From Fimicolochytrium jonesii (taxonomy: Eukaryota), in the NCBI RefSeq assembly GCF_025526975.1, contig NW_026515678.1, positions 558,001 to 622,000 of the forward strand: a stretch of DNA of 64,000 bases, read 5' to 3'. The position numbers and the translations under genes are program-made. Shown here one piece after another: positions 13,480-27,100 of the stretch (position 1 is its first letter; every line of letters begins with the position of its first letter). A model generated the notes under the pieces. The model made no database searches. It saw only the letters and a list, made by a program, of their open reading frames with translations, and was not told the DNA's origin.

Positions 13480-14883
13480 TCAGAATCGTTCATAAAACCA
13501 TGTGAGATCATGGTCATGAAAGACTTGCGTGGTGTGCCTTAGTGCGGCATCGAATGCAACGAAAGCCTCTTCCACACTGATCTGCTGCTCTCCCTGCTCC
13601 CTTGACACAACCGCATCAACCAACGCCCCAACCGCATTCACATCCGACACGAGGGCAAACGCGGCCCCCAGCGCCGAGTTGAAATGGCCGGTACGCGCGC
13701 AGTCGCCAATAGCGATGACGTTGCGGGCAGCGTAACGTTTGAGATGAGTCTCCTGGACTTTGAACACCGTGATGGGTGTCTCCGGGTCGGGAAGGAGGGA
13801 GTCGCTGGTCAACGAAGGGAAAGCGTCGTGGAAGCGCTGACAAGCGCCTGAAACCAGCGCCTCGATTTGGTCCTGTAATAGAGATGGCCTTTCGGGGTGG
13901 ATTGCCGCAATGGAGGGAGGGATTTGGACCGAGACGACCGCCTGCGTGGCAGGATGGCCAACGAGGGCTTGTTTGAGCATGGTGCCGAGCTTTTCGTCAT
14001 AATGTCGACGAAAGTAAATGTCTGCACCAGCGCATTGTGTTCCGCTGGCGGACAGACAGTAGTAGAGAAAATGTTGCGGTGATGACTCCATGAGCACTTC
14101 TTTGGTTAGAGCCTTGAATGCCAAGGCTCGCCGCGACCCCTCTGCGAGAACGATGAGGTCAGGTTTGGCCAGCTGAGTTGCCGTTGCGTCGCCCGTATGA
14201 TATCGGATGCCCCAGTGGTCCTTGTCTTCCACCAGCTCCAACTCCTGAACCCCAAAGTGAAACTCGATCACGTCGGCATATTTGGCGCCTGCTACCTCAT
14301 ATAGTGACCGCTGCAGCGCCTGAACTGGCACGTTGCAAACTCCGAAAGGGATGTTGTCGTCGCGCAGACGCTCGGGGGAGAGGTTGCTCAAGGCTGGCGC
14401 GGGATTTTGTCGCAGCACTTCACGTATTGCCTCAGCGTCGTGCACGCAGGGAAGAGCAAAAGTGAACGATGCTTCTAACCGAGTTCCCAGACGTTCTTTA
14501 GGAGAGCCGTCAGAAATCACGTCCGGGGGTTTGTACTGGTCGCATAAATGTATTCCACCCACGCGACTTGCTTGCAAGGTATCATTATCGCGATGGACAC
14601 CCAAAGCGGTGAGCTGCTCGAACACCCAGTGATTCAGCTGAAATATGTTTTTCCGCTGAAATACACTGCGAAAACTCTTTCCCCTCTCTTCGGTATCGGC
14701 AGTGGGAGGAGACTCCATGAACGACTGGGTGTTACTATCGCTTCCGTTTCCTTCCTGGCCGTCACTGAGATGGCGGGACTCGAGAACAGTGACCTTCGCG
14801 GCGCCGCTTTGAGCACACCGGATGGCGGTGGTGAGGCCAGCCGGACCGGCTCCGACGATGATTATGCTTGTGGCCATGGTCAT
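13480..14883 (-). CDS. Single-exon FAD-dependent monooxygenase/oxidoreductase-like protein
   Basis: Uninterrupted ORF of about 467 aa. N-terminal IIIVGAGPAGLTTA...VTVLE Rossmann motif, DG-like motif DLIVLAEG, GD motif VIAIGDCARTGH. Confidence 0.85.
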   Translation of the reverse strand: MTMATSIIIVGAGPAGLTTAIRCAQSGAAKVTVLESRHLSDGQEGNGSDSNTQSFMESPPTADTEERGKSFRSVFQRKNIFQLNHWVFEQLTALGVHRDNDTLQASRVGGIHLCDQYKPPDVISDGSPKERLGTRLEASFTFALPCVHDAEAIREVLRQNPAPALSNLSPERLRDDNIPFGVCNVPVQALQRSLYEVAGAKYADVIEFHFGVQELELVEDKDHWGIRYHTGDATATQLAKPDLIVLAEGSRRALAFKALTKEVLMESSPQHFLYYCLSASGTQCAGADIYFRRHYDEKLGTMLKQALVGHPATQAVVSVQIPPSIAAIHPERPSLLQDQIEALVSGACQRFHDAFPSLTSDSLLPDPETPITVFKVQETHLKRYAARNVIAIGDCARTGHFNSALGAAFALVSDVNAVGALVDAVVSREQGEQQISVEEAFVAFDAALRHTTQVFHDHDLTWFYERF

Positions 14884-15367
14884 CTGAAACTCTCTGACAG
14901 ATGTTTTCCACAAGAGGATGGATAAATCATGACAGGCGAGAATTTAAGATGCGGTCGCGTCCGAATTGCGGAGCACTTTAGATATGAAGTGCTGCGCCAC
15001 TGTCGCTCCTCCCGTCTTCCCAAACTGCCATTGGCCTGGGAAAATTCCAACTTCAGAGTTCCTCGTGCAGGGTTTTGAGTTTACAGCTTCAGCGGTACCG
15101 GCGTGCTGTTTAGCTTGGAATACGTAGTATATGTAGGGTTTCCGAGCTTCCGAGACAGCTGGATGGATATCACCGCTTGAATTGCGGAAGGCAGGCTGCC
15201 GAGTATTTATCACTCGACCAAGGGAGACCTCGAGTGCTGAGCCCCGCATTCGATACGACATAGAGGCGGCGACAGCTGTGCAGGACGTATCCATCATTAG
15301 CAAGGTGCTTTTGGCTGCCGCTGTGTGAATAGGATTGAAGGAGGACAGTGCTGGCAGCCTGTGCGCC

Positions 15368-18300
15368 ATGGAACCCCGAAGCAGCGAAGTGGAGGGCACT
15401 CCCCAAAGTTACTCCTCGGGCTCAATTACAAGAGAAGGATATCTCCCTGTTTCGAATACCGGTCAAGTGGTCGGAGGAGGTTCCGCCGAGCAAATGTTCG
15501 CCATTCCTGTGCCCAGCGATGAAGCCATGATCAACCCGCCGACGACTATATTGAGCGCGTTGCGAAGACAACCGCTTTCGACTCTGACGCCCCTTATGGA
15601 TGGTACGGCCTGATCCCATTTGCTATATGCCGTTGTGCTGCCTTTTTAGTTGCATTGCTGGCATTGACTCGTTCAAACTTTACGTCCATCCCAACATCAG
15701 CGGTAGATCTGTTCCCTTCTTTCATGTCATCAGATGCGATGTTCCCTACGTTGCTGGACACCGTGGATCCGCGGATTATTCAACCTTGCATGCAGGATAT
15801 GGATGGAACGTTGAGCGGCGTCAATGGTCTGGTGGATCCGTATCTTCTAGCCAATGTGACGCAATCGCTTGCGAACGCCGACACGTCTTACCTGTAAGAG
15901 TGATGAAAGGCACATGCACTGGATGATGTATAATCTGATCACATGGGTATCTTCGTAGGCAAACATGGCCTCGAACGATACGCTCTCAAGAAGAAGGCAA
16001 CCAGCATCAGGTGGAACACCCTAGGAATATCGGCAGTTCTTCGATCGACGTCGTTGCGCCGGGGCCTGCGCTCCAATCTCTTATGATGGATTCCCCAGGA
16101 GGACCTTCGATTCCGCATCCGTCCGTGCATAACGTACAGTCTCCACAATTCCCAACCGACTCTTTCGCAAACGCCTCGTCACAGTATCCAACCCCTAATG
16201 CTATACCCACCCTGGTGAAGCATAGATCGCAATCACAGGGCTATATCGATCCCGGAAACTCGTCGCCACATCTGCCTCCGCCGACGCCTGTTGACAAGTT
16301 GCGTCCGCAAGTGACGTTTGCTACACGAGTTCAAGGCTCTCCGGATCCATTGATGTCGAATGTCGTTTCAAAGAAAGAGCACCCGCCGAAAGTGCATACA
16401 GGGGCACAGTTTCCCCTGAGTGGCCCGAAAACCCCTGAACCCTCGGCGCCAGCGAAAGCCAGATCATTCCTGGGTGTGGAAATCGTGAGCTCGGGAAGAA
16501 AGGTCCCTGCGTCGCTGATCATGGCTCAGAACAATGGATTACCTGAGATCGTGTCTCCCGCTTTGTCACAGAACCCGTCTACGGCCTCGAATGCAGAGAC
16601 GCCGTCAGCGATGATCAAGGCAAGGCAACGAAGCACCACGAACGATCCCGCAGCCATTGTCAAAAGGATGGAAAAACTCATCGATTCAATCCTGGCGGAG
16701 GAGCAGAACCGAGCTGATCAGACTGCACAATCTGCGGAGCCCGATGTTGATGCAGCTGGGAAACATCTGGATGACGATGGCACGTTATCGAGCTCAGCTC
16801 TGACTTCCCTGCAGCAGTCTTTTCGAAAGGTGGAAAAGGCCGGATGTGTGGCGCTCTTGACGGAAAAGGTCGAACCGCTGTCCCTCAAGCGCTTGATGAA
16901 GCTGCTCGAAAGCAGGATCAAAGATTTGGAGTTTGTCGATGCCGGGGTGCGGACCAAAGAGAGCACTCGAACGCCGAAGAAGAAACGAAAGTCCATGGGG
17001 CCGGCAGACAGACATGCGGCAGAAAACCCAGAAGATTCGGAAGTCCCGCAGGTGGATCAGGACAATGACGACGAGTCCTTGTTTGTCTCCAACTTGACAA
17101 GCTTTCTGCATCGCGTCAATTGCAGTCTTGATGCTTGCAGGGTGGCGTTCATGTTCTATGGCCTCCTGGTGGAGCATGGAGTGCCAATGCATCAGCTTGC
17201 GGAGTTAGGATACAGCGAGGATATGATACTGTCCGGTGTCAATCTGCTGAAGACTCAACTGGTGGAGACCATCTACGCCATCACAGAAGCTTCAGCGGAT
17301 GTTGGTGACAATGCCAGCTCTCAGGCCAAAGCTCTTCAAGCAGCGTTCGACCACAGCAGGCTTAAGAGCGTCCTGTCTCCCTTGATCGTGAAGATCTATG
17401 ATATCATGGGCAGCATCTGCGTACTTTTGACAAACAATGCGCTGGGGGATGACATCGTGATACCGCTTGCCTTTGTTGCACTCTCCCCATTCTTTGTCCC
17501 TGGGATCCAGGCCGCGGGCTCGTCGTCATCGGCTAGTCTCGGCTTGGACAAGATCGAGATGCGAGGAATCGACATCTGCCGCACCATTTTCAGCAATCAT
17601 GCGAATCATCGAACTTTCATACTGGATGAGCTGTGTGCCAATCTGATCAAGCTCATTCCATCGAACAACACGGCTACAAGTAGCAAACGCATGCCGAGGC
17701 AGTATCGTTTGGCGGACGGGAAAAACTCGATACAGATGGTCACGGCGCTGATTCTGCAGTTGATGCAGAGCTGTTGCTCTGGGGCGGCTTTGATTTCTAC
17801 AGCAAAAGATGCGTGGAGCAAACTGAGAACGGATGAACAAGAGGAGCGCGTTCCGGTTGCCACTGCACTTGTCGAAGGATCGAGTAATAAAAAGAAGCTG
17901 AAACGGGCTTCGGACTCCGCCGCAGATGGCCAGGTCGAGGCAGAAACCCCGTCGAAGGAGTTCCCGGAGATATCCAGAGTGAGTTCAACTCTGTTTACCT
18001 CTACGCTCGAGCACAGCACTTACACGGGGTTTCAAAGGTCGTCCTCGCATGCAAGCAACATGTTGATGCAATGTCGCAGTGTGCGCATTACGTGTTCAAG
18101 TTTCTAGTATCCAGGAGCACACTGAATACCTCGGATGCTTATCAAGGCAAAGACAATTTGGTCAAGAACAAGCGCGGAGCGATCTCCAATGAGGCCGAGT
18201 ACAAAGTCGTTTTGGAGCATATTTTCAAAGACTTGCTGGTTGTGCTGAAAACACCTGAATGGCCTGGAGCCGATGTTGCTCTCACGGTCTTGGGTAGAGT

Positions 18301-21300
18301 ACTGGTGAGTTTCCAGTCTTTGAAGACATTCTTGAAAAAGTCGCTGATGTCGTTGTCGCTTTCAGGTCCAAGCGCTTGATGATACCAAAAAGCAAGGTGA
18401 CACCGCCATCAGGGTTCTGGCGATCGAGATGCTTGGCGAAATTTGCGCGAAGCTACGAACAACGCGGGAAGTGTCGCCTGTCGTTACCTCCGCGTTACTG
18501 GGCATTAAGGACTTCGTCGGTGCGGAGTGGGGCAAAGAGTCCGCTCCAGAAAGTATCACCGCCGTCAGCTATATCCAAAATTGGATCGCAGATTGGCTGG
18601 AGATCGCAAGTTCGGATGATCCGGCGTTGAAGCATGCGCAATTGACATTTTTATGCACTTGGGCGGCTACCGTCGGAGTGGATAGCTTTGCAAAATGGCC
18701 AAAAGCCGTGAAAGACACTGTACGGAAAGTGATCTTGCACTATTCGGGAACCATTTTGCAAACTCAAGTGCCGAAAGAAGATGCTCTCGATATCACACCG
18801 ATGCCAATTGCACTGAAAGACCTTTCTACTCCGACATTGGATACCCGACCGCTCATCGAGTCGTGCGTCGAGCTTCTGTCCGCACGTCAACCGCTGGCTC
18901 AATCGTTCGATGCCTACCTTCTCCGCATCGGTTCTGCGCTGGATTCTGATGTGGTGGCCCTCCGTGCGAAAGCATTGAAAGCTATGCAGGAGGTGTTTAT
19001 GGCCGATCCGTCAGTCCTCCGCGTTGGCAGCGTCAGGAAAGTTATCGAAGCAAGACTAGTCGACCAGAGCCCCAGCGTGAGAGATGCCGCAATTGAGCTC
19101 GTTGGCAAGTTCTTGGTGAATGACCGTGGAGATGCTATCGTCGCGGAGTATTATCCACCGATTGCTGCTCGAATCATGGATGTTGGCATCACTGTTCGGA
19201 AACGTACCATCCGTCTGCTCAAAGACATCTTTGTTCGATTGCACAAAGTGGAGAACGAAACTCTTCGCCCCATCAAGCCTGACATCCTTGTGCGTCTACT
19301 CTCGAGATTGAGCGATGAGGAAGACACCGTAAAGGTAATGTCAATTTGTTCGGACATAAAGGGTTTATCAAACTCCTGACACTACACCTGACAGGATCTC
19401 GCTATTAAATCCGTGCATGAAATTCTACTTAGCCCGTTTGCCTTTGCACGGGAGAGCGGTCAGCTTGCTTCGCAGGCACACGGTGACTCGCATCCTTACC
19501 AAGCGTGGGCTACTCTTGCACCATCGGCGCGAACTGAGATCCGCGAGCGAGCACTGCTATTGGTCGCCTCATTGAAGGGCTCGTCGACAGAAACCTCCGA
19601 CGCCTTCAAAAAACTTCTTGACAGGAGCCTGATCATTCCATCGAAGGCTGCAAGGGAGGATGTCTTCAACGTCTGCAAGAGTTTGGTGGAATGCTTTATG
19701 GAGGAGATTCTGTGTTTGGAGGAGAAAGAGAGCAAGGTTCGATTCGGGTTTTGTACTGCTGTTTGCTTGTAGAACGTCGCTGACACTCCTGTCGAGTAGG
19801 AGCCTATTATGGAGATTTTGTTTGTCCTTCTTCAATTTAGTGAGGTATACCCGGCCTTGCTTGCGTCGCACGTGAAAACGTTGCAAACCTACCTGGGCAG
19901 CTCTGCGGTAAGGATGGACGACGACGCCTCACTCTTTGCAACTAGTCTGAACATCATGTTATAGGTGTCAGAAGCAGCGCAGACCGCGGAGGCTCTGGTG
20001 GAACAGCGAATGAAGCAAGCAGTCATCAAGATTCTAGAAAACATCATTCCGTTCCTGGAAGACCCGGATCTGCAGAATCTGACGGCCATCGAAACGGATT
20101 TGGTGCAAGCTCTGAACCGCGGAAGTACTCCGCTAGTGCTGGTCGCGGCCCCATGCTTATGCTCGATCGTGGAACACGTCACTCATCACACGGAGAAGTT
20201 GACGATGCTCCTTCGAAGATGTGTGGAGTTTGCACAGCGCACGCGGAGCACAGTTCAAGCGAATCAGGCGGTACCCGAGTCTGGATGGCGTGGGACTTGG
20301 AGGTCCTTGCTCCTGACTGGGCAGTTTGTCCGATACTTTCCATTTGATGCGAAACGCGCGTCATTGACTGGAACAGCTGCTGAGGACTTGGACAAGCTGA
20401 CTCCCGGGTCCATCTCGACACATGTCTGCGATTTGCTACTCTTTTTCGTCAGCCCGGCCGTCAATAATAGCACCAAGTACGCTGCTCTTGGAACACTTGG
20501 CGATATCTTTATCACCTTTCCGCGGCTCATGTTGAAACCGGAGTGCCGACAAGTGATGAACTCTGTGTTCGTTGGGCAAGCCCTAGCTTTGAAGATGCGC
20601 CTTCTTACGACATTCCGAGATTACCTGCAACATGAACAGAAGCGGGATTTAGAAAAGAAAAGTAGGTTCCGGTTCTCTTGAGCATCGAAGCATTTGTTCA
20701 CTACAGCTAATATGCTTGGTATGTATCAGGGAACGCGGAACTTGTCGGTCAAGACGGTGTAGACATCAAGGTTCTCATCGGCAACGCAGACGAGATGGGA
20801 GACGCAGGAATCAGCTCTTCTATCATGCAAATGTACCTGGATAGAATTCTGGACTGCATGATGTGCAACAATGACGGCCTCACGCGCACAGCTTTTGATT
20901 TGATTGAGATAATCTTGGAGCAGGGACTGGTGCATCCCTTACTGGTAAGTGCATTGAAGAGCGAGTTCCTCCATCAAACTCATTCTTAAATTTGTCCTTT
21001 CCAGTGCATGCCTGCCATCGTAGCGATGGAAGCTTCGCCCTCCACAGACATCCGCGGTCGTGCTAGTCGATCGCACCATCGTTTGTACGAGAAGCACACG
21101 AGTTTCATCAACTCGAAGAACATGGATTGCGTGAAGCATATGTACAAGTATCTGGCCATGATCAACCCTCCAAACGGTCGGGAGTCTTCCGTTCAAGGTA
21201 ACCCCCACGGAAAGGCATTCGGAAACCGCTATTGAAGTCTGGAGTCTGACTCTTCCATTTTGCCTACGTTTTGATAGGATATCTGGTAGTCAAGAGCAGC

Positions 21301-22460
21301 TTGGAGCCATCCTCATTACCGGAACCGTACCTGGGGCGGATGTACGCCCTCGTCCAGGCGAAGCGACCACGGAGGAACGAGTTCCTTGGGAATATGGTCA
21401 AGCAGATGGATGTCGACTTGAGTGGGAAGATTACCATGGTAAGACAGGATTCAACGTCGGTTCAACGTCGCTCGTCGTTGACCCACGTTGCGATTTTAGG
21501 CCCATATTGGATTATGCCGCTTCATTGCCGAAAACCTGACCCTCTTCCCTTACAAAACGCAAGAGGAAGTCTTGACGGTCATATACCACGCATATCGCGT
21601 CTTATCCGTCACTGGGGAGACGATCCTTAGGGAAATCGAAAAGAGCGAGAACGGAGAACCGTCTGTTGAGGTCTCCCTTTCAACCCTCGCCCATGCGTCT
21701 GTTTGCATGGGGATATTGCTGGTTTTGAAAACACACCTTCAGGCTCTGTATACCATTTCGGCGAGGTGCGTGATATTCGATGGACCGTGGTCTCCAACTT
21801 TGACATGGACCTAAACTGCTCCGCTTGTTCTTCTAGTCGGCTATCGGTTTTCAAACCGAATGAGGGATCGCGAGCGAGTGAGAAACCGGCGGTTCGCAAC
21901 CCGCAGGTCTCGTTTGACTTTACCTGGTGCCGAATGCCGTTTGCGTTGGTGACCGCTTTTGAGAACGAGGATGAGATGAAGGATCAATGCATACAGGTAA
22001 GGGATTCACTTGGAGTGCGTTCGCCTGAAATACTATTTGCTGATGATGTGATCTCTCGTAGTTCCAGGAACTGATGCACTCAGACTACACCGCGGGCCAC
22101 AACCTCAACGACCCCGACGCAGACGACCACGACGGCGGCGAGATACCCCTAAATGACGAATCTTTCGTCGACAAGGCCGGCCAGACAGTCATCACCGTTC
22201 CCGACGAGTCGATACCAACCCGCGGGACGTACACAGAGAGCGCGTCGAGTCCGATACCTAAACAACCCAAGCGACGCCCCTCGACAAGAGTGAGCGAAGG
22301 CGCACCGGCGGCGGGCTCAAATAAGAAGCGAAAGGGTGCGGATGGAGGATCGAGAGGGGCGTCGGCGGCGGATTCGGGCCCGCCTTCGCCGACGCAGCAG
22401 CCGAGGAAACGGCGGCGAAAGAGTCGGGCGAATGTGCTTTCGGATGAGGATTGGGAGTGA
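15368..22460 (+). CDS. SCC2: Cohesin loader subunit Scc2/NIPBL (Mis4); multi-exon HEAT-repeat protein
   Basis: PEWPGADVAL; LRAKALKAM...DQSPSVRDAAIELVGKF...DVGITVRKRTIRLLKDIF; GDAGISSSIMQMYLDRIL...EQGLVHP..CMPAIVAMEAS; FIAENL..FPYKTQEEVLTVI. Basic NLS-like tail, stop at 22460. The start ATG (15368) is tentative. Confidence 0.92.
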
Positions 22461-24131
22461 TTCCATAGACTACACCAACACCACGCCAGCCATTTTGCAA
22501 ACGCCTTTCGCTTTCCGTTTCGCGTCACGAGCTCAATGACATATACAGCTCAATGTAGATTACGTTTCTGATCCTTTTTTTTGTATATAGTTTTCCGCCC
22601 AGTCGCCATTTCCCCAACCACCCGTACTTATGCCATTCGCCAAACGTGGCTGTGAAGGGAGTTATTTCGTGACCATACGTGCACGAAAATGAAATACGTT
22701 TTCCATCAGTTTGCGTCTGGACGGTGTTTGATTACGTGGCGTCCGTTCAAATTCACTTCAGCACTGGCAGGACCATAACCCTCTTTGACCTTCTCTTGGC
22801 TGGACTCATCTCACAGATTTCATGCCGATACTCTCTGGATGTGGCCGAGAGTATCCAACTCACATGTGTCAGGGCGAAGGATTCACGGTCGCCCGCGGGA
22901 AGCGCCTGCATAGACAAGCTCTGGCGGCAAGAAGGAAGTCCGAGTGGCTGCCCGATTGCGATCGATTCGGGCGCTCCACGGCAGATCTCGGAGCCCAGCG
23001 ACTGCCCTCCTTTGGGATTTACTATGCACATCATCTCTCCTACGAGGAGGTTTAGCAGTTAGTTTCCTTGACGACGATCCGGTGTTGATCTTTTTTTCAT
23101 TTCCTGGATATTGGTCGGAGTGCATGAGATAACAGTTACGTCACTCGAGCCGTCCACAACGCGGCCGACGCCCAAGCCGGGATGTGAGCGGATTCCAAGT
23201 CCCTGAAAATCCAAGTTGACGATCAAGGAAGGATCATCATGCGAAGATCAACGAAATGCTGAATCATGGGGTTGATTATAGAAGGCGCGCCCAGGCAACC
23301 ACATGGCGCCATTCCGGGGATTGGCTATGACGTCGCCATTCGCCACAGCCCCGGCGCGTGGAACAGGCGCGTTAAGGAGTGGACGTCGCTTGGACAGCTT
23401 GCCTACTCTGTATCCTTGTATGGGGAAAAAAGGACGGGAACAGGATGGGCAACAGAACCGCCAACTACTCAAACTGCTCGCTCTTCGCTGGAAAAGGACT
23501 TGGCCGCATCGCAACTCTCATCAGAACGACTTGAAAGAGCAGTTCGTGCTATTCTCGTAGATACCGCCGTCCCACTCTATTGTTCTCGTGGTGCTGAACT
23601 TTCCGCCGCTCAGCATTTGACGCACAACCCCAAACTCGCCACTTTCGAACTCGACGACACAAAAAGAGTACTGCCGGTTCTCAGCCATCACCCTCAGCTA
23701 TATCTGCGTTGGCCTCAGGATAAAGCATAAAGGCAACTCTCCCTACTGAAAAGCAATTCACTCCTCGACACCAACGCCGAGGTCTTGCATAACTGAAACC
23801 GACACCTCGGACAGACCTTCAACCAACTCAGCATCTCGAAAGGTGGTGTGGAATTGGACGACCGGAAGCTGTACTGGACTCTCAACAAACGACCTTGACA
23901 TAGGTCTGGCTGCTAGTGTGCAAAGAGCCTTCGCACCCGCACTGAGGTGACTAAGCCGGCCCGTTCGCGGGCTCTCTCAGCTCGGCTTCAGCAGTTGGAC
24001 GTGCCTTGAGAACTAGGTGGGTGAACTGAGAATTACGTGCTGCATATTAGGGCATATTAGGGGAAGGTATACGTTCTAACTGTCTCGTCGCTGCAATAGA
24101 CTACATAAACCACAATAGAGGACTGAACAGG

Positions 24132-27100
24132 ATGGGACTTGGGAACTACATCCGGGACATATCGTCTTCCATCGGCGCGAAGGTGAAGGATCAACCGTCG
24201 CAATCATTGGAACAAGCTTCTATGCACAACGGCTCTGTAGAAATGAGATATTCGAACGATGATCCTGCCATTATCTGCGGTGCTGATGGACAGGTTCGAT
24301 GGACGTCACAGGCAGTGTCCCGACTACTCGCGTGGAGACAGGAAAGCCTCGCGAAACAACCGTCATCACTATCAGGAGACATGCCAAAGAATCTTGGTGA
24401 CACGCACGTCTCGGTTGACGAGTTGCAACACCTATCAACACTGGACGTGCCGCAGTGTATAGCGAAAAATCGGAGTGACGGCGCAACCATCTACGTACTG
24501 CAGAAAGTAACAGCGCTGAAAGCTGATGACCGATCACGAGCGAACGAATCTAACGCCTCTGGCTTCTTGGTGGAGCTACGGGACGTGAACGACGTAGTCC
24601 GAGGGATGGGTATGCCGGCCTTACAACTAGCGACACCACAAGCGCCACGATTACACAATCAGGCTACGTCTTCGTCCCTTCAGCGGTCGTCTTCCGACTC
24701 ATGGGAGACCACCGTCGAGAATACCGATGACTTTGCGGCCGATGCAACATCCAGTAAAACAGCTACACTCGCACGGGATTCCGACGAAGTGTACCACTCG
24801 GTAGTTGAGAAATCTGACCTTGTGATGCATCACATTACGGATGCCATATTTGGCTCGACAGGAGACGAGCAGAATAATGTGCTCGTTCAGACACTGTGCG
24901 CCGCTTTAGGCCAGGTCTCCACATCTGTTCATGCCGCCTTTGTCGGTCGATACATCACCCGGACAACCTCAAGAGCTGATAAGGGGGAGTTGATCACCTC
25001 CCTGACACCACCGGTCGACTACTATTCTCTGATCTCCAGAAGACCCTCAGACGATAATGTCCTTCCGGATAGCATCATTGGCTTCACAGGCACCGCATAT
25101 GTCGAAGGAAAAGGGTGAGTAATTGGGGTAACGGATTTCGGCGCACGTAGAGACTCAATATGCTAACTCGGGCGTGTCCTCCCACTTGTAGTCAAATCGA
25201 CCTTGGGATCGTCCCACAGCTACACCGCTCCTTTATTCACGCTCTGCATTCCACAATACCCAGCATCATCCCCGCAAGCGAACTCTCTGTAGTTCCCAAG
25301 TCTACATCGTTCTGCCAGCCTGAAGACTCCATATGTCTAATCGGGCTGCATGACCTTGTGGGTCACCCAATAGGTGGACTGGGCATCGCATACAGAAGCT
25401 CGTCGATAAACTCAGCTGATGAGGATGAGGATGAGCTGATTGCAATCGTCAAGAGCGTCTTGAACCAACTAGCTCCGAAGGTTGCAAAGCAAATCACTCT
25501 GACTTTGGAGATGCTTCGTCTGAAGAAAGAGAAGCTCGAGACGGAAGTGGCTACCAAGTCTAAATCACATTTCTTGGCCAACATGAGGTATGTCAACAGA
25601 GAAGGTTCTTCACGTTTAGAATCGTTTCTGACCCGTTTCCGCCCTTCTCTCTTTAGTCATGAGATCCGTACACCTGTATCGGCAATCATCGGTCTGACTG
25701 ACATGATCTTGTGGGATGAACGGAACCTATCAAATGACAACCGAGGGCGTCTTGAGCTCATCAGCTCGTCAGGCGAGCATTTGCTAGCGGTTATCAACGG
25801 GATCCTCGATTTCAGCAAAATCGGAGACGAGGACGTTAAGTTCCAGCTGAAGTCACAACCTCTCAAACTGAGGAAATGTATCAAGGAGGCTGGTATGTCT
25901 TTGTTCCTCGGCGCTGTCCAGCTTTTCTTGGGGTCTCGGTCCGTCTCATCGTCTTTTTTCTTCTTTTAGTTCAACTGGCAGCGCTGTCACCGGCCGCCTC
26001 AAGAAAGAGTATCCGAATCATTGCCAAGCATCGCGAGCTCTCAGCCCAACAGTCCGGACTGATCGGATCCGCACCCACATCAGTCTCTAAGTCGCCAACA
26101 GCTGCAGCAACAAATCTAGTTCCACCGGTCAGGAGGACGTCATCGCGCTCATTAGACGATGAGAAGGATGTCAAGTTCCATGACACGTCTCTAGCGTTCT
26201 TTTGGAGCGTTGCGGACGATGTACCGGATTGGGTCATCGGCGATGTGACTAGGATTCGGCAGGTCATGTTGAACTTGATGACCAATGCTCTTAAGGTAAG
26301 ATTTGCGTAGATCAGCGGTAGTTCGATGTGGGAACGGCGTACCCACAGTCAATATCTTTGCTTTCGGTATTTAGTTCACGAGCCAGGGTTTCGTTTCATT
26401 CAACGTTCGCCGCCTTGCAAAGCAACCGGAAGGCAACCCGGGTGCCCCGCCCGGCAGTTCCTCCTTTGCTGGTGAGCATCACCCTTTGAAGCCATCAGCA
26501 TCTGGGTCAGATGCGGAAACAAGAGCTACGCTGTCACCGCCTACCCCGCCCACAACGCGACGATCCTCTACATCCTTGTGCCTGGCAGATTTAAAGGAGG
26601 ACATAGACAAGGGAGATGCGGCCGTCCTCCTGTTCACCGTCCAAGACTCTGGCTGTGGTATTCCGAAGGACAAGCTGAACTCCCTTTTCAAGCCATACTC
26701 CCAGCTGGACAACCCGAACAACATGGACTCGACTGTCGGCACCGGGCTAGGTCTCGCGATTTCCTCCCAACTTGTCGAGATGATGGGCGGCCAGATCTGG
26801 GTCGAGTCCTCGCTTTCGGTTGGGTCCAAATTCTCCTTCTGTGTGCCTTTCCCGATCGGAGAGCCGGCTGCTTCCTCGTCGTCGGGGCGATCGTCACCTG
26901 ATGAGGAAACGGAAGTGGAAGCGCAGTCTCCTGAACCTGTCAAAATCACACCGAACAAACCTGCGCCTACCAAACTCGCCGCGAGGAAAGCCATCCCGCG
27001 TCCTGCTTCAGCGCAACGCAACCCCAGCGCCTCAAGTCTGAAAGGCGACGAGTCAAATGCAAGGCAGATGGGGGGCCGAAGTGATGACGATTCCACCTCA

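Noticed and set aside
15368..22460. Apparent frameshifts or stops in SCC2 and other genes as pseudogenisation or recoding
   Set aside because: The breaks examined coincide with GT...AG introns with branch points.
23266..23730. 154-aa ORF upstream of kinase 2
   Set aside because: No recognisable domain or clear splice link; could be a long 5' UTR or a chance ORF.
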